A DNA stretch of 64,000 nucleotides from Clostridiales bacterium (lineage in GTDB: Bacteria; Bacillota; Clostridia; Christensenellales; Aristaeellaceae), in contig DUQZ01000021.1 of assembly GCA_012837525.1 (NCBI GenBank), positions 1,128 to 65,127 of the forward strand. The letters are read 5' to 3'. The first letter of the stretch is position 1, and the number at the start of each line of letters is the position of its first letter. Made by a program: the position numbers and the translations under genes. The notes under the pieces were generated by a model. That model worked only from the letters and a program-made list of their open reading frames with translations, searched no databases and had not been told where the DNA came from. Below, piece by piece: positions 18,763-27,761 of the stretch.

Positions 18763-19899
18763 ATGGCCTCCTTGTATGACAGATTAAAAAGCGCGCAGCC
18801 CATCAAACAGAAGGCACACTCACATTTGCCGGAGACCTGCCTGGTTCGTGAACGCCGAATCAGCCTGGGGGAAATGAAAGGGCGCGTGTTTGACGCGCAG
18901 CTCATGTCCTTTATCAGCAACAAAACCATCCAGATGGACTGCAAGGCGGAAGACCTGCTTTTTTTGGATACGGAAACGACGGGGCTTGCCAGAGGCGCTG
19001 GGACCATCGCGTTTTTAGTTGGGTACGGACAGTTTCAAGATGATGAACTGGTCATCACCCAGGTGCTGATGCGCGACTATCACCAGGAAGTCCTGCTGCT
19101 GGATGATCTGTTGCAGCGTGTCAAGGCCTGCAAGTGTCTTGTTACCTATAATGGGGCCAGCTTCGATATTCCGGTACTGCAAAGCAGACTTATTATGAAC
19201 CGCCTGCAGTATGAGTTGTCGAATGTGCCGCACCTGGATTTATTGCATGCTGCCCGCAGAATCTTTAAATTGCGCCTGGGACGCTGCCCGCTCAACCGCA
19301 TGGAAGAGTTGGTGTTCAATTTTACAAGAGAGGATGACCTGCCCGGCGCAGAGGTGCCAGCCCGTTATTTTGACTACCTAAAGCAGCGCGATGAAGGCTT
19401 GCTGAAGGATGTGCTGCGCCATAATGACCAGGATATCCTTACCTTGGCCCGTTTGTTTTTGCATTTGTCCAACCTGCATCAACAGCCGCTGGAAGCGGAG
19501 CATCAGGAGGACTTGTTCAGCCTGGGGGCTATCTATGAGAAGCAGGGTCACCACAGCCGGGCGATTGCCTGTTACCGGGCCTGCTCTGATAAGGCGGTGC
19601 GAGATATCGCGCGGTTAAGGGCGGCAGAGATCTACCGGAAACAACACCAGGATGAGGAGGCTGTTCAAGCTTTTGAAACCTTGCGCCAAAACCGCCTTGT
19701 AAACCCAAAGGTGTTCATCAGCCTGGCCAAAATCTATGAGCACCGCTTCCGTGACCCGGTACGCGCGCTTGAAATCGCAAGGCAAGGCATGATATATTGT
19801 TCCGAGCGCATTGGCTTTGACGCGGCAGGAGACCGCGATTATCTTGACTTGCACTACCGCAGCCTGCGCTTGATGAGAAAGGTGGAAAACAGTGGCTAA
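18763..19899 (+). CDS. RNase H-like (YprB/COG3359-type) predicted exonuclease fused to C-terminal TPR repeats
   Basis: 378 aa. LFLDTETTGL DEDD-type first motif, YNGASFDIPVL, HNDQDIL. The C-terminal approximately 130 aa are TPR-like (AIACYRACSD..., ISLAKIYEHRF). Confidence 0.7.
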   Translation: MASLYDRLKSAQPIKQKAHSHLPETCLVRERRISLGEMKGRVFDAQLMSFISNKTIQMDCKAEDLLFLDTETTGLARGAGTIAFLVGYGQFQDDELVITQVLMRDYHQEVLLLDDLLQRVKACKCLVTYNGASFDIPVLQSRLIMNRLQYELSNVPHLDLLHAARRIFKLRLGRCPLNRMEELVFNFTREDDLPGAEVPARYFDYLKQRDEGLLKDVLRHNDQDILTLARLFLHLSNLHQQPLEAEHQEDLFSLGAIYEKQGHHSRAIACYRACSDKAVRDIARLRAAEIYRKQHQDEEAVQAFETLRQNRLVNPKVFISLAKIYEHRFRDPVRALEIARQGMIYCSERIGFDAAGDRDYLDLHYRSLRLMRKVENSG

Positions 19900-20632
19900 A
19901 TTCATGGACCGGCTGAAGATCCGTTCAGCATTGCTCAAGCACCAGCGGGGAAACAAAGACGAAGCGAAAGCCATTTATGAGTCCCTGTATCATGATGGCG
20001 TCAATTTGGCCAGTTATATCCTGCCCTACAGCGTGCTGCTATTGCGTTCCGGGGAGGAAGGCGCGTTCGCAAAAGTGCGTGAGATGCTGGTCAAAGCGCA
20101 GAAGGCGCCCGACCTGACGGAGGACAAGCGCCAGCAGCTGCTGATGAATTACAGCATCGCCGTATGGAAGCTGGGGGATCTGGACAAGGCCATCTCCACC
20201 CTGGAAGCATCCCACCGGGCTGCGCCCTGCAGCCTGACCTATCAGGCCCTGGGCTTTTTGTATATTGAAACAGGCGACGCGCAGAAGGCGCTTGAATACA
20301 ACCTGGAAGCGCTGGAGTATGACGATGAGGACTCCGTCACGCTGGACAATTTGGGGCAGATTTACTATCGGCTCCTGAATGATAAGGAAAAAGCGCTGCC
20401 CTACTTCCAAAAGGCGCACGAAAATCGCCCCAGTCAGATTGACACCCTGTATTTCCTGGCCAAATATGACGAGGAAGCCGGTCGGTTTGAAGACGCGGCG
20501 GAGAAACTGCAAACCGCTTTGGACGGCAGTTTTTCACCGCTGAACCACGTCAATCGTAAGATGGCGCAGGAAGCCTTTGACCGGGTACAACAAGCGCGGG
20601 GCAAACAAACCAATCAAGAGGAGACCGTCTGA
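19892..20632 (+). CDS. tetratricopeptide repeat protein
   Basis: 246 aa. Repeated A-x-x-x-Y/L-x-x-A-L 34-aa helical pattern (YQALGFLYIETGDAQKALEYNLEALEYD, LDNLGQIYYRLLNDKEKALPYFQKAHE). 8-nt overlap with the upstream gene. Confidence 0.7.
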   Translation: MAKFMDRLKIRSALLKHQRGNKDEAKAIYESLYHDGVNLASYILPYSVLLLRSGEEGAFAKVREMLVKAQKAPDLTEDKRQQLLMNYSIAVWKLGDLDKAISTLEASHRAAPCSLTYQALGFLYIETGDAQKALEYNLEALEYDDEDSVTLDNLGQIYYRLLNDKEKALPYFQKAHENRPSQIDTLYFLAKYDEEAGRFEDAAEKLQTALDGSFSPLNHVNRKMAQEAFDRVQQARGKQTNQEETV

Positions 20633-21409
20633 TTGCTGGACTGGCTGCAGCAGGATCCCTGGGGATTTCTGCATTTTATGATCTATCGCGCGCCGGCTGT
20701 GCTGCTGGCGCTCAGCTTGCATGAGCTGGCACATGGCTATGTTGCCTACCGCTGCGGTGACAGCACCGCGAAGGACCTGGGTCGCTTAACCCTAAACCCC
20801 TTGAAGCACCTGGATTTGATTGGCACCATCAGCATGTTTTTGATGGGCATCGGCTGGGCGAAGCCTGTGCCGGTGAATCCTGCCCGCTTCCGTAATGGGC
20901 GGATGGATGATTTGAAGGTGTCTCTGGCGGGGGTCACCACCAATTTTATCCTGTTCATCATCGCCACGGTGCTGAGCATTGTCATCAGCACCTCCTTATA
21001 CACCCTGGAGGCCAAGGCCTATTTTGGGCTGGAGTTCTTTCTGGGATTCCAGCAAAACGGCTTCCACCTGCAGCTGTTCCCGGAGTATGAGCCGATCCTG
21101 AGCGACCTTTTAAAAACCCCCTGGTTATTGCATGTTCAGCGGTTCTTATTGCAACTGGCGCTGGTGAACCTGGGCATGGGGCTGTTTAACCTGCTGCCCA
21201 TTCCGCCGCTGGACGGTTTTCATGTGGTAAATGATATCTTGTTCAAAGGCAAAATCAACCTGGGCGGCCAGATATTTCGCTTTACCCACATCGCCCTGTT
21301 GATTTTACTGTTCACCACCAACTTTGTAGGTAACTGGGTATCAAAAGCCATCTATGGTGTGCAGGGCTTCATCCTGCCATTGCTGCTAAAAATCTTTCAG
21401 GCAGGCTAA
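20633..21409 (+). CDS. site-2 protease (M50) family membrane metalloprotease
   Basis: 258 aa. HELAHG zinc motif in a TM segment, later NLLPIPPLDG motif. TTG start abutting the upstream stop. Confidence 0.85.
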   Translation: MLDWLQQDPWGFLHFMIYRAPAVLLALSLHELAHGYVAYRCGDSTAKDLGRLTLNPLKHLDLIGTISMFLMGIGWAKPVPVNPARFRNGRMDDLKVSLAGVTTNFILFIIATVLSIVISTSLYTLEAKAYFGLEFFLGFQQNGFHLQLFPEYEPILSDLLKTPWLLHVQRFLLQLALVNLGMGLFNLLPIPPLDGFHVVNDILFKGKINLGGQIFRFTHIALLILLFTTNFVGNWVSKAIYGVQGFILPLLLKIFQAG

Positions 21410-21414
21410 GCTGC

Positions 21415-22158
21415 ATGAGCCTTGTATTCAATCTAAAGGACTACCAGGGACCGCTTGATTTGCTGCTGCAATTGATTGGCAACGCTAAAATTGACATCAA
21501 AGACATCTTTGTGTCCGAGGTAACGGACCAGTATATTCAAATTGTTCAAAACGCTGAGAGCATGGACATGGAGGAGGCCAGCGAGTTTATCCAGATGGCC
21601 GCCACCCTGCTGTTGATTAAAAGCCGTTCCATCCTGCCGGTCATCCAAACAGAGGAGGATGAGGAGGAAGACCCGGAAACCACCCTCATCAGGCAGCTGG
21701 AGGAATACGCCAAGTTCCAGCAGTTGGCAACACAGATGCAGGATTTTGAGCAGGCCGCGTCACGCCTGTTTGCCAAATTGCCGGATGAGTTTCCCTTGCC
21801 GCCGCCCGTATATGAGCTGGAAGGCTTGACCCTGGAGGGCTTGATTGAGGCGTTTGCCAAGCTCAGCGCACGTATACTCGCGCGGGAGGAAGGTGAGCCA
21901 GAGCAGCGCAGGGTCATCCACCTTGATCAGCACTCCGTTTCCACCTTCATGAAAGACATCATGCAACGAACACGCAAAGGCAGCGTGGGCTTTGCCAGCT
22001 TGCTCAGCAAGTCCCCTTCGCGCAACGAGGTGGTGACATTGTTTCTGGCCTTGCTTGAATTGCTCAAACAAGGCCGCTTGAAGGTTGTGCAGGAAAGCAA
22101 TGACGCGGAGATTCTTTTGATGCGCAACAGGCGGGAGGTAAAAACCGATGCGGAATGA
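21415..22158 (+). CDS. scpA: segregation and condensation protein A
   Basis: 247 aa. YQGPLDLLLQLI...DIKDIFVSEVTDQY kleisin N-terminus. Followed by scpB. Confidence 0.9.
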   Translation: MSLVFNLKDYQGPLDLLLQLIGNAKIDIKDIFVSEVTDQYIQIVQNAESMDMEEASEFIQMAATLLLIKSRSILPVIQTEEDEEEDPETTLIRQLEEYAKFQQLATQMQDFEQAASRLFAKLPDEFPLPPPVYELEGLTLEGLIEAFAKLSARILAREEGEPEQRRVIHLDQHSVSTFMKDIMQRTRKGSVGFASLLSKSPSRNEVVTLFLALLELLKQGRLKVVQESNDAEILLMRNRREVKTDAE

Positions 22159-22753
22159 GCGTTTGTGCGGGATCATCGAGTCTATTTTATTTGTGTACGG
22201 GGAAGCCATCGCTATTGAGACGCTGGCTGATGCCCTGGGACACGCCCCTAAAGCAGTGCAGGACGCGCTGGAGGATCTGGAACAGGCGCTGCAAGCCGCG
22301 CACAGGGGGCTTTCCATCAAGCGGTTTGCCAACATGGTGCAACTGGTCAGCAAGGCGGATTACGCCACCTATGTGGAGCGCGTGCTGCAGCCGGTTCAAC
22401 GCCAGTCCCTCTCCCAATCGGCGCTTGAAACCCTGGTGATTGTCGCCTACCGCCAACCGGTCACCCGGCAGGAGGTGGAGGCGATCCGCGGCGTCAAATG
22501 CGATTATTCGCTGCAATCCCTTGCCCAAAAAGGCTTGATCGTCGATGTGGGGCGCAAGGAAACCCTGGGCAGGCCGATTCTGTACGCGACTACAGACCAG
22601 TTTTTATCCCACTTTGGGATTGAAAGCTTGGATGACCTGCCAACGTTGCCGGCCGATTTCCCCGGCGAAGAAGGCGTGCAGCTGAAAATGGAATTGGACA
22701 AGCATGAAAAAACCGCCGTTGCCGGCGGTGATGCGGAATCAATCGTCGATTAG
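22148..22753 (+). CDS. scpB: segregation and condensation protein B
   Basis: 201 aa. IESILFVYGEAI..., SQSALETLVIVAYRQPVTRQEVEAIRGV winged-helix motifs. Confidence 0.9.
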   Translation: MRNERLCGIIESILFVYGEAIAIETLADALGHAPKAVQDALEDLEQALQAAHRGLSIKRFANMVQLVSKADYATYVERVLQPVQRQSLSQSALETLVIVAYRQPVTRQEVEAIRGVKCDYSLQSLAQKGLIVDVGRKETLGRPILYATTDQFLSHFGIESLDDLPTLPADFPGEEGVQLKMELDKHEKTAVAGGDAESIVD

Positions 22754-23565
22754 ATTGTCTTTAGCGTGCTTCTGATGCGCGTGAACACGTTGTTGGAATA
22801 GTCCATATTGTACTCGCCCGGGCCGGTGTAATGGATGGAGAGAACGCGGTTGTTGTCCAGAATCGCCATATGCACGCGGCCTCTTACGATGGTGCCGTCA
22901 TACTGCACACCGCGGTAGGTGATGTAGCAGCCGGGCTTGCCAAGCAGCGTGCGCTCCGCGGTATCGGACACGCGCCACTGCTGGTAGTTGACCTTACCCA
23001 GGTCTGCGGCAAAGGTACGCAAATCCGCCTTCAGGTTGTTCAGCGTATATCCCGCGTTGACAGTGGAGCGGGAGAAGGTGAACACAACAGAGTAGTTGTC
23101 CTTTTGCTGCTCAATCGGCTCGGTCAAGACATACACATCCGACTGGCTGTCATCCACAAGATAGCCTGCCACGCTTTCAAAGGTAATGCCCAGTTTGGAC
23201 GCAGTGTAAGACGCGAAGGTGAAGGTCAAATCAGGCCGTTTGGTGGGGGAGGGCATATCCACTGGGTCCAGGGGAATGGCAGTGGCGCCCGCGTGCATGG
23301 CGATGCCTTCCTTGTTGAACTCGCCTTCCACATTGATGCCTTCGCTCTCTTCATCCGAGGGGTTATATCCCTCCGGCAGTCCTTCTGCCGCAGGCTGACC
23401 GATCTGCTCAAGCGAGGATTGCTGTGAGCCAGTGGGCTGTTCCTGTGTGTCGGGCTGCTCCTGCACATCAGGTTGGTTAACCGGGGCCGGATCCGCCTTG
23501 GGCTGACAGCCCGCGACCAGAACCAACGCGAGCGCCAGCATCATCACGAATAATACTTTCTTCAT
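22750..23565 (-). CDS. hypothetical lipoprotein
   Basis: RBS GGAGGAAG then MKKVLFVMMLALALVLVAGC lipobox. Q/P/E-rich linker followed by a ~180-aa globular region. No motif recognised. The track ORF extends to 23652. Confidence 0.7.
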   Translation of the reverse strand: MKKVLFVMMLALALVLVAGCQPKADPAPVNQPDVQEQPDTQEQPTGSQQSSLEQIGQPAAEGLPEGYNPSDEESEGINVEGEFNKEGIAMHAGATAIPLDPVDMPSPTKRPDLTFTFASYTASKLGITFESVAGYLVDDSQSDVYVLTEPIEQQKDNYSVVFTFSRSTVNAGYTLNNLKADLRTFAADLGKVNYQQWRVSDTAERTLLGKPGCYITYRGVQYDGTIVRGRVHMAILDNNRVLSIHYTGPGEYNMDYSNNVFTRIRSTLKTI

Positions 23566-23611
23566 ACCATCTTCCTCCGTCGTCGGAAACCATGGGCGTT
23601 TTCGTAAAATT

Positions 23612-23640
23612 ATTGTAACAATTTTAGTTGACAGCGTCAA
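23612..23640 (-). promoter_or_regulatory. candidate sigma-A promoter for the lipoprotein gene
   Basis: Minus strand reads TTGACG-17 nt-TACAAT, about 45 nt upstream of ATG 23565. Confidence 0.45.
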
Positions 23641-23655
23641 GCAGCAATGCAATCA

Positions 23656-24735
23656 TTACAAAAATCGGTTATACGCGCGCTCCGCTTCATCATCCCGGCG
23701 GACACGACGCGGCGCGTTCTCAGTATCCTGCGTCAGGTCTTCGTTCTCAAAGGGCATGGATACGCTGTCATCCTCGGTGATCTCTTCGTTCAAATAGAAA
23801 GGATTGTACACCCTGCGGTCAAGCGAGTAGACCCTGTCGCTGAAGACGCCCTGCTTGGTGCAGGTTTGCGCCGCGCGCATGGCGTTTAAGCGCGAATCCA
23901 GCACGTCCAGCCAGTGCAGGACTTCCGCCTCCGGGAACATGGGCGGCCGCGGGCTGCCGTATTCCGGGATGCCGTGATGGCTTAAAATCATATGCGCCAG
24001 CAGGAGGGGATATTCATCATCCGCCTTGTAGCCACAGACAACTGCCGCGTCGCGCACATCCGCGACGCCGGTCACAATATGGCCAAGCAGCAGACCTTCT
24101 CGCGTGTATTCTGACACCGCGCCCAATTGGTTGGCGTCCATTTCGGTCAGCTTGCCCAGGTCATGCACGATGACGCCCGCCATCACCAAATCTTCATCCA
24201 GATAAGGATAGCAGCCGCAAATGGCTTTCGCGGCGGACAGCATGTCCGTCAGGTGATGCAGCAATCCGCTGCGCTCGGCGTGGTGCATGCTTTGCGCGGC
24301 AGGATAGTACAGGATTTTGTCCGCGGCTCGCTTGAGCAGTTCACTTACGATGTCCTTTAATACCTGATTCTGGAAATTGTCAATGATGTCAGTCAGCACC
24401 TTAAACATGTCATCCGCCGGCCGGGGCGCTGCCGCGACCAGCTGGGAAATATCCACGTTATCCGCTGGCTGGCTTTCGCGCATGCGCTCAATGCGCAGCT
24501 GCAGGCGGTTATTGTATTCAGTGATGGTGGCGCGTACCTTGAGCACTGTGCCGGGCTCGGGCGCCGCCTCATCCGTGTTCCACACCTTGGCGTTCATCTC
24601 GCCGGTATCGTCCGCCAGGTTGATGTCCAGATAGGGATCACCATTTTTATTCACGCGCTTGGAGGAGGTCCTGACAATCAGGAAGCCTTCAAAGCGTTGG
24701 TCCTTTTCCAGTTGGTTGAGTTTAGTTTGATTCAT
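23656..24735 (-). CDS. yhaM: 3'-5' exoribonuclease YhaM-like (OB-fold + HD domain)
   Basis: N-terminal OB fold FEGFLIVRTSSKRVNKNGDPYLDINLADDTGEMNAKVW. HD domain HHLTDMLS...VIVHDLGK. RBS AGGAG. Start overlaps the dnaB stop. Confidence 0.8.
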   Translation of the reverse strand: MNQTKLNQLEKDQRFEGFLIVRTSSKRVNKNGDPYLDINLADDTGEMNAKVWNTDEAAPEPGTVLKVRATITEYNNRLQLRIERMRESQPADNVDISQLVAAAPRPADDMFKVLTDIIDNFQNQVLKDIVSELLKRAADKILYYPAAQSMHHAERSGLLHHLTDMLSAAKAICGCYPYLDEDLVMAGVIVHDLGKLTEMDANQLGAVSEYTREGLLLGHIVTGVADVRDAAVVCGYKADDEYPLLLAHMILSHHGIPEYGSPRPPMFPEAEVLHWLDVLDSRLNAMRAAQTCTKQGVFSDRVYSLDRRVYNPFYLNEEITEDDSVSMPFENEDLTQDTENAPRRVRRDDEAERAYNRFL

Positions 24736-26089
24736 GATACGCTCCTGATTGTACATAACGGTTCTCAAATAAAGTGAAGTCCTCATTCCAGGTCAGGTCG
24801 ATCGTGGCCAGCGGGCCATTACGCTGCTTGGCGACAATGACTTCAGCCTGGCTGGGGTCGTTTTCTTCCTTGTTGTAGTAATAGGGCCGGTGCAAAAACA
24901 TCACCACGTCCGCGTCCTGCTCAATGGAACCGGAGTCGCGCAGGTCACTCAAAACCGGCCGGACGCTGCCTGTGCGCTTCACATTCGCGCGGGACAACTG
25001 GGCGCAGGCCATCACCGGCACCTTGAGTTCCAGCGCGATGCCCTTAAGTTTCCGGCTGATTTCGCTCACCTCAAGCTGCCTGTTTTCTGTCCGTCCGTCG
25101 GCGGTCATCAGCTGCAGGTAGTCAATCACAATCAAATCAAGCCCGCGCTCCGTCATCAGCCGGCGGCAACGGGAACGCAACTGGGCTGGCGTGAGGGAGG
25201 AGCTGTCATCCAAAAACATCTTGGTTTCAGACAGCGGACCCAGGGCTTCTGACAACCGCTGCCAATCTTTGCTGCTCAAAGCGCCGTTGCGCACGTTTTG
25301 CATGTTTACCCGCGCGTCGCCGCACAGCATGCGCATGGCCAACTGTTCCTTGGGCATCTCCAGGCTGAACATGGCGATGGATTTGCCATAGCGCGCGGCG
25401 TAGGAGGCGATGTTCATCACAAAGCTGGTCTTGCCCATACTGGGGCGGGCGCCAACGATGATCAACTCGCCGCCGTGCAAGCCGGTCAGCAGCTGATCCA
25501 GCAGGGAAAAGCCGGTTGGCACGCCTGCGATCTTGCCCTTGTTGCGCACCAGTTCCTCGATCTGCGCCAGCGTCTTTTTCATCACCTCACGGATCGGGGT
25601 CAACTGCTCGCTGCCCGTGCGTTTCATGACGATGTCAAAGATGGATTTTTCGGCGAAGGCCAAAGTTTCCGCCATGTCCATGCGCTGCTCAAAGCAGATG
25701 CGGCTGATGTCATTAGAGGCCGTAATCAGCTTGCGCAGGGTTGCCTTTTCCAGCACAATCTCCACATAGTGGCGCAAAAAAGCGGTGGTCGGCACGGATT
25801 GTGTCAGGTTGATGAGGTATTCCGTTCCGCCAATGCCATCCAGCGCGCCAACGCGGGATAGTTCCGCGTCCATGGTGATCAGATCCACATTGCGTGCCTG
25901 CGCGAATAATTGAGCCATGGCGCGGTAAATCACCTGGTGTTGGGGGTGATAAAAGTCCTCCGCGACCAGGGTCTCCATCACCAGCAGCAAGCCGGCAGGG
26001 TCCCGCATGGCGGCGCCCAAAACGGCGCGCTCCGCTTCCAGGCTTTGGGGCAAAACCCGGACCAAATCACCTGTGGAATAGGTGCTCAC
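24722..26089 (-). CDS. dnaB: replicative DNA helicase DnaB
   Basis: 455 aa. Walker A GARPSMGKTSF, IVIDYLQLM, LSDLRDSGSIEQDADVV. Confidence 0.96.
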   Translation of the reverse strand: MSTYSTGDLVRVLPQSLEAERAVLGAAMRDPAGLLLVMETLVAEDFYHPQHQVIYRAMAQLFAQARNVDLITMDAELSRVGALDGIGGTEYLINLTQSVPTTAFLRHYVEIVLEKATLRKLITASNDISRICFEQRMDMAETLAFAEKSIFDIVMKRTGSEQLTPIREVMKKTLAQIEELVRNKGKIAGVPTGFSLLDQLLTGLHGGELIIVGARPSMGKTSFVMNIASYAARYGKSIAMFSLEMPKEQLAMRMLCGDARVNMQNVRNGALSSKDWQRLSEALGPLSETKMFLDDSSSLTPAQLRSRCRRLMTERGLDLIVIDYLQLMTADGRTENRQLEVSEISRKLKGIALELKVPVMACAQLSRANVKRTGSVRPVLSDLRDSGSIEQDADVVMFLHRPYYYNKEENDPSQAEVIVAKQRNGPLATIDLTWNEDFTLFENRYVQSGAYHESN

Positions 26090-26120
26090 ATTCTCCTCCG
26101 ATGGGTTATATCGCCGCGCT

Positions 26121-26570
26121 TCAACGGATTGACGTGACGCGGACGGTCATATTCACCTTGACGCCGGCATACAGGCTGATGGTGATTTCGGTATCCCCGG
26201 CGGTGCGAATGGGCTCTGCCAGTTCAATCTTGCGCCTGTCAATCTCGACATTGTGCTGCGCGTTCAAAGCGTCCGCGACCTCCTGGTTGGTGACGCTGCC
26301 GTACAGTTTGCCGCGCTCACCGCCTTTGGCTTCCAGGTGAATGACCTTGCCTTTCAGTTCCGCGGCAATGCCTTCGGCCTCCTGGATACGGGCCGCTTCC
26401 TTTTCGCGCTCGATCTCATTGCGGCGCTCGACTTCCGCAACCGCTTTGGGTGTGGCTTCCATAGCCCATTTCCTGGGGAAGAGGAAATTGCGCGCGTATC
26501 CGTTAGATACGTTGAGAATCTGGTTGCGCTTACCAGTTCCCGGCACGTCCTGTAACAAAATGACTTTCAT
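26121..26570 (-). CDS. rplI: 50S ribosomal protein L9
   Basis: 149 aa. [36 protein letters not shown]. Confidence 0.95.
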   Translation of the reverse strand: MKVILLQDVPGTGKRNQILNVSNGYARNFLFPRKWAMEATPKAVAEVERRNEIEREKEAARIQEAEGIAAELKGKVIHLEAKGGERGKLYGSVTNQEVADALNAQHNVEIDRRKIELAEPIRTAGDTEITISLYAGVKVNMTVRVTSIR

Positions 26571-26590
26571 TGTTGGCCTCCTTATATCAA

Positions 26591-27682
26591 TTATCGTTCA
26601 AAGGGCAGTTTGCTGTTTTCGTCAACCCGCAGTTTGCGCGGATCCATTACCTGGTCATATACCCCCAGAATCATCGCGACAGGGGAGAGGATCATAAACA
26701 GCAACAGTAAGAGAATGAACCGGAAGACCGGCCTGGTCCCGCGGCGCTTCATGATGTAGTTCAAATAGCTCATGCCCTGGATTGCGTAAAAGGCAAAGAA
26801 GACGTTGTACATCATCTGCCCGGCGATGCGGAAGACCGGGTTCGCGGTCAGAATAGTCATCAGGTAACCCAGCGCCAATACAGACATCCGGCGTCCGAGC
26901 GACCTGGATATAAACCATTTGGAAAAAGGCGGCATGTCCAGGCTGGGCGCAGTATCATAGCGGGTCGCCAGTTTGATGGCCAGCCCCGTGCCGGCAAACG
27001 CAGTTGTGATGGTGTAGCTGGTCAGCAACCCGGGCAGCAGGCTGGCCGTGAGCGCGGTGATGCGCGCGGAAATCTGCTTGTAAAACTCCGCGATTACCTC
27101 TGGTTTAAAGGTCCACCCGCCGTATTGCGTGCTTTCAAACAATTGGGATTCTGCCTCCTGTCCGTGGGACAAAAGACCGCCGCGCCAGAAGGTGTACAGC
27201 AGGTTATCCCGGGCAGGGAAGTTCTCAAGCCCTGTAATCGCTTCCTTGGCGATTGCTTCATACAGGTTGCCGCCAGCCTCCCGCTGCAGCGCGATAAAAA
27301 CAACCAGCATGCTGACGATAAAGGTGCCAAGGACAATGGCCGCTGTCTTAAAAAAAGGAACGCGCATCTCCAGGCAGGTGGCGAAGGCGGCTGTCATGGG
27401 CAGCAGGTAAACCGCCAGCCACAGCCCACCGTTGCCGTACACAGTTTTTGACGCGATCAAAATCAGCACCAGGCAAAAAAACGCGGGCACAATGCCAGCA
27501 AGCGCAACCACCAGCAACAACAAGACAGGAAAGAGAATGATGCCCGTCCCCAGAAAACTGACCGCCGGCAAAAAGGACATTTGCAAAAAGAAGACCAATG
27601 CGCCGATCATCAACATCCAGACCAAAGCCTGTTTGGGGGTAGTAAAAAGCCGGGCAGTGTGCATGAATGTTTCGTTCCTCAT
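26591..27682 (-). CDS. DUF2232/YybS-like polytopic membrane protein
   Basis: 363 aa with multiple TM helices. Conserved position upstream of rplI-dnaB, as for yybS in Bacillota. The family call comes from context plus topology. Confidence 0.65.
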   Translation of the reverse strand: MRNETFMHTARLFTTPKQALVWMLMIGALVFFLQMSFLPAVSFLGTGIILFPVLLLLVVALAGIVPAFFCLVLILIASKTVYGNGGLWLAVYLLPMTAAFATCLEMRVPFFKTAAIVLGTFIVSMLVVFIALQREAGGNLYEAIAKEAITGLENFPARDNLLYTFWRGGLLSHGQEAESQLFESTQYGGWTFKPEVIAEFYKQISARITALTASLLPGLLTSYTITTAFAGTGLAIKLATRYDTAPSLDMPPFSKWFISRSLGRRMSVLALGYLMTILTANPVFRIAGQMMYNVFFAFYAIQGMSYLNYIMKRRGTRPVFRFILLLLLFMILSPVAMILGVYDQVMDPRKLRVDENSKLPFER

Positions 27683-27761
27683 CCTCGTGTGTTTATCCGT
27701 TAATTTTAGTGCCGCGGCATGAACCTGTCAAGAATTGGACATAGCAAGCACAAGGTATGCC

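Noticed and set aside
22750-22753. Convergent scpB and lipoprotein genes overlap at their stop codons, with no terminator between them.
   Set aside because: The arrangement is real but common in compact genomes. I cannot attach a specific functional implication to it.
22831-23427. A 198-aa plus-strand ORF overlapping the lipoprotein gene.
   Set aside because: The minus-strand frame has a promoter, RBS, signal peptide and lipobox. The plus-strand frame has none of these and is G/R/V/H-rich.
26571-26590. Expected gdpP (yybT) between the yybS-like gene and rplI is missing. Only a 20-nt gap is present.
   Set aside because: Gene order at this locus varies among Bacillota, and gdpP may be elsewhere in the genome. 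It cannot be judged from one window.
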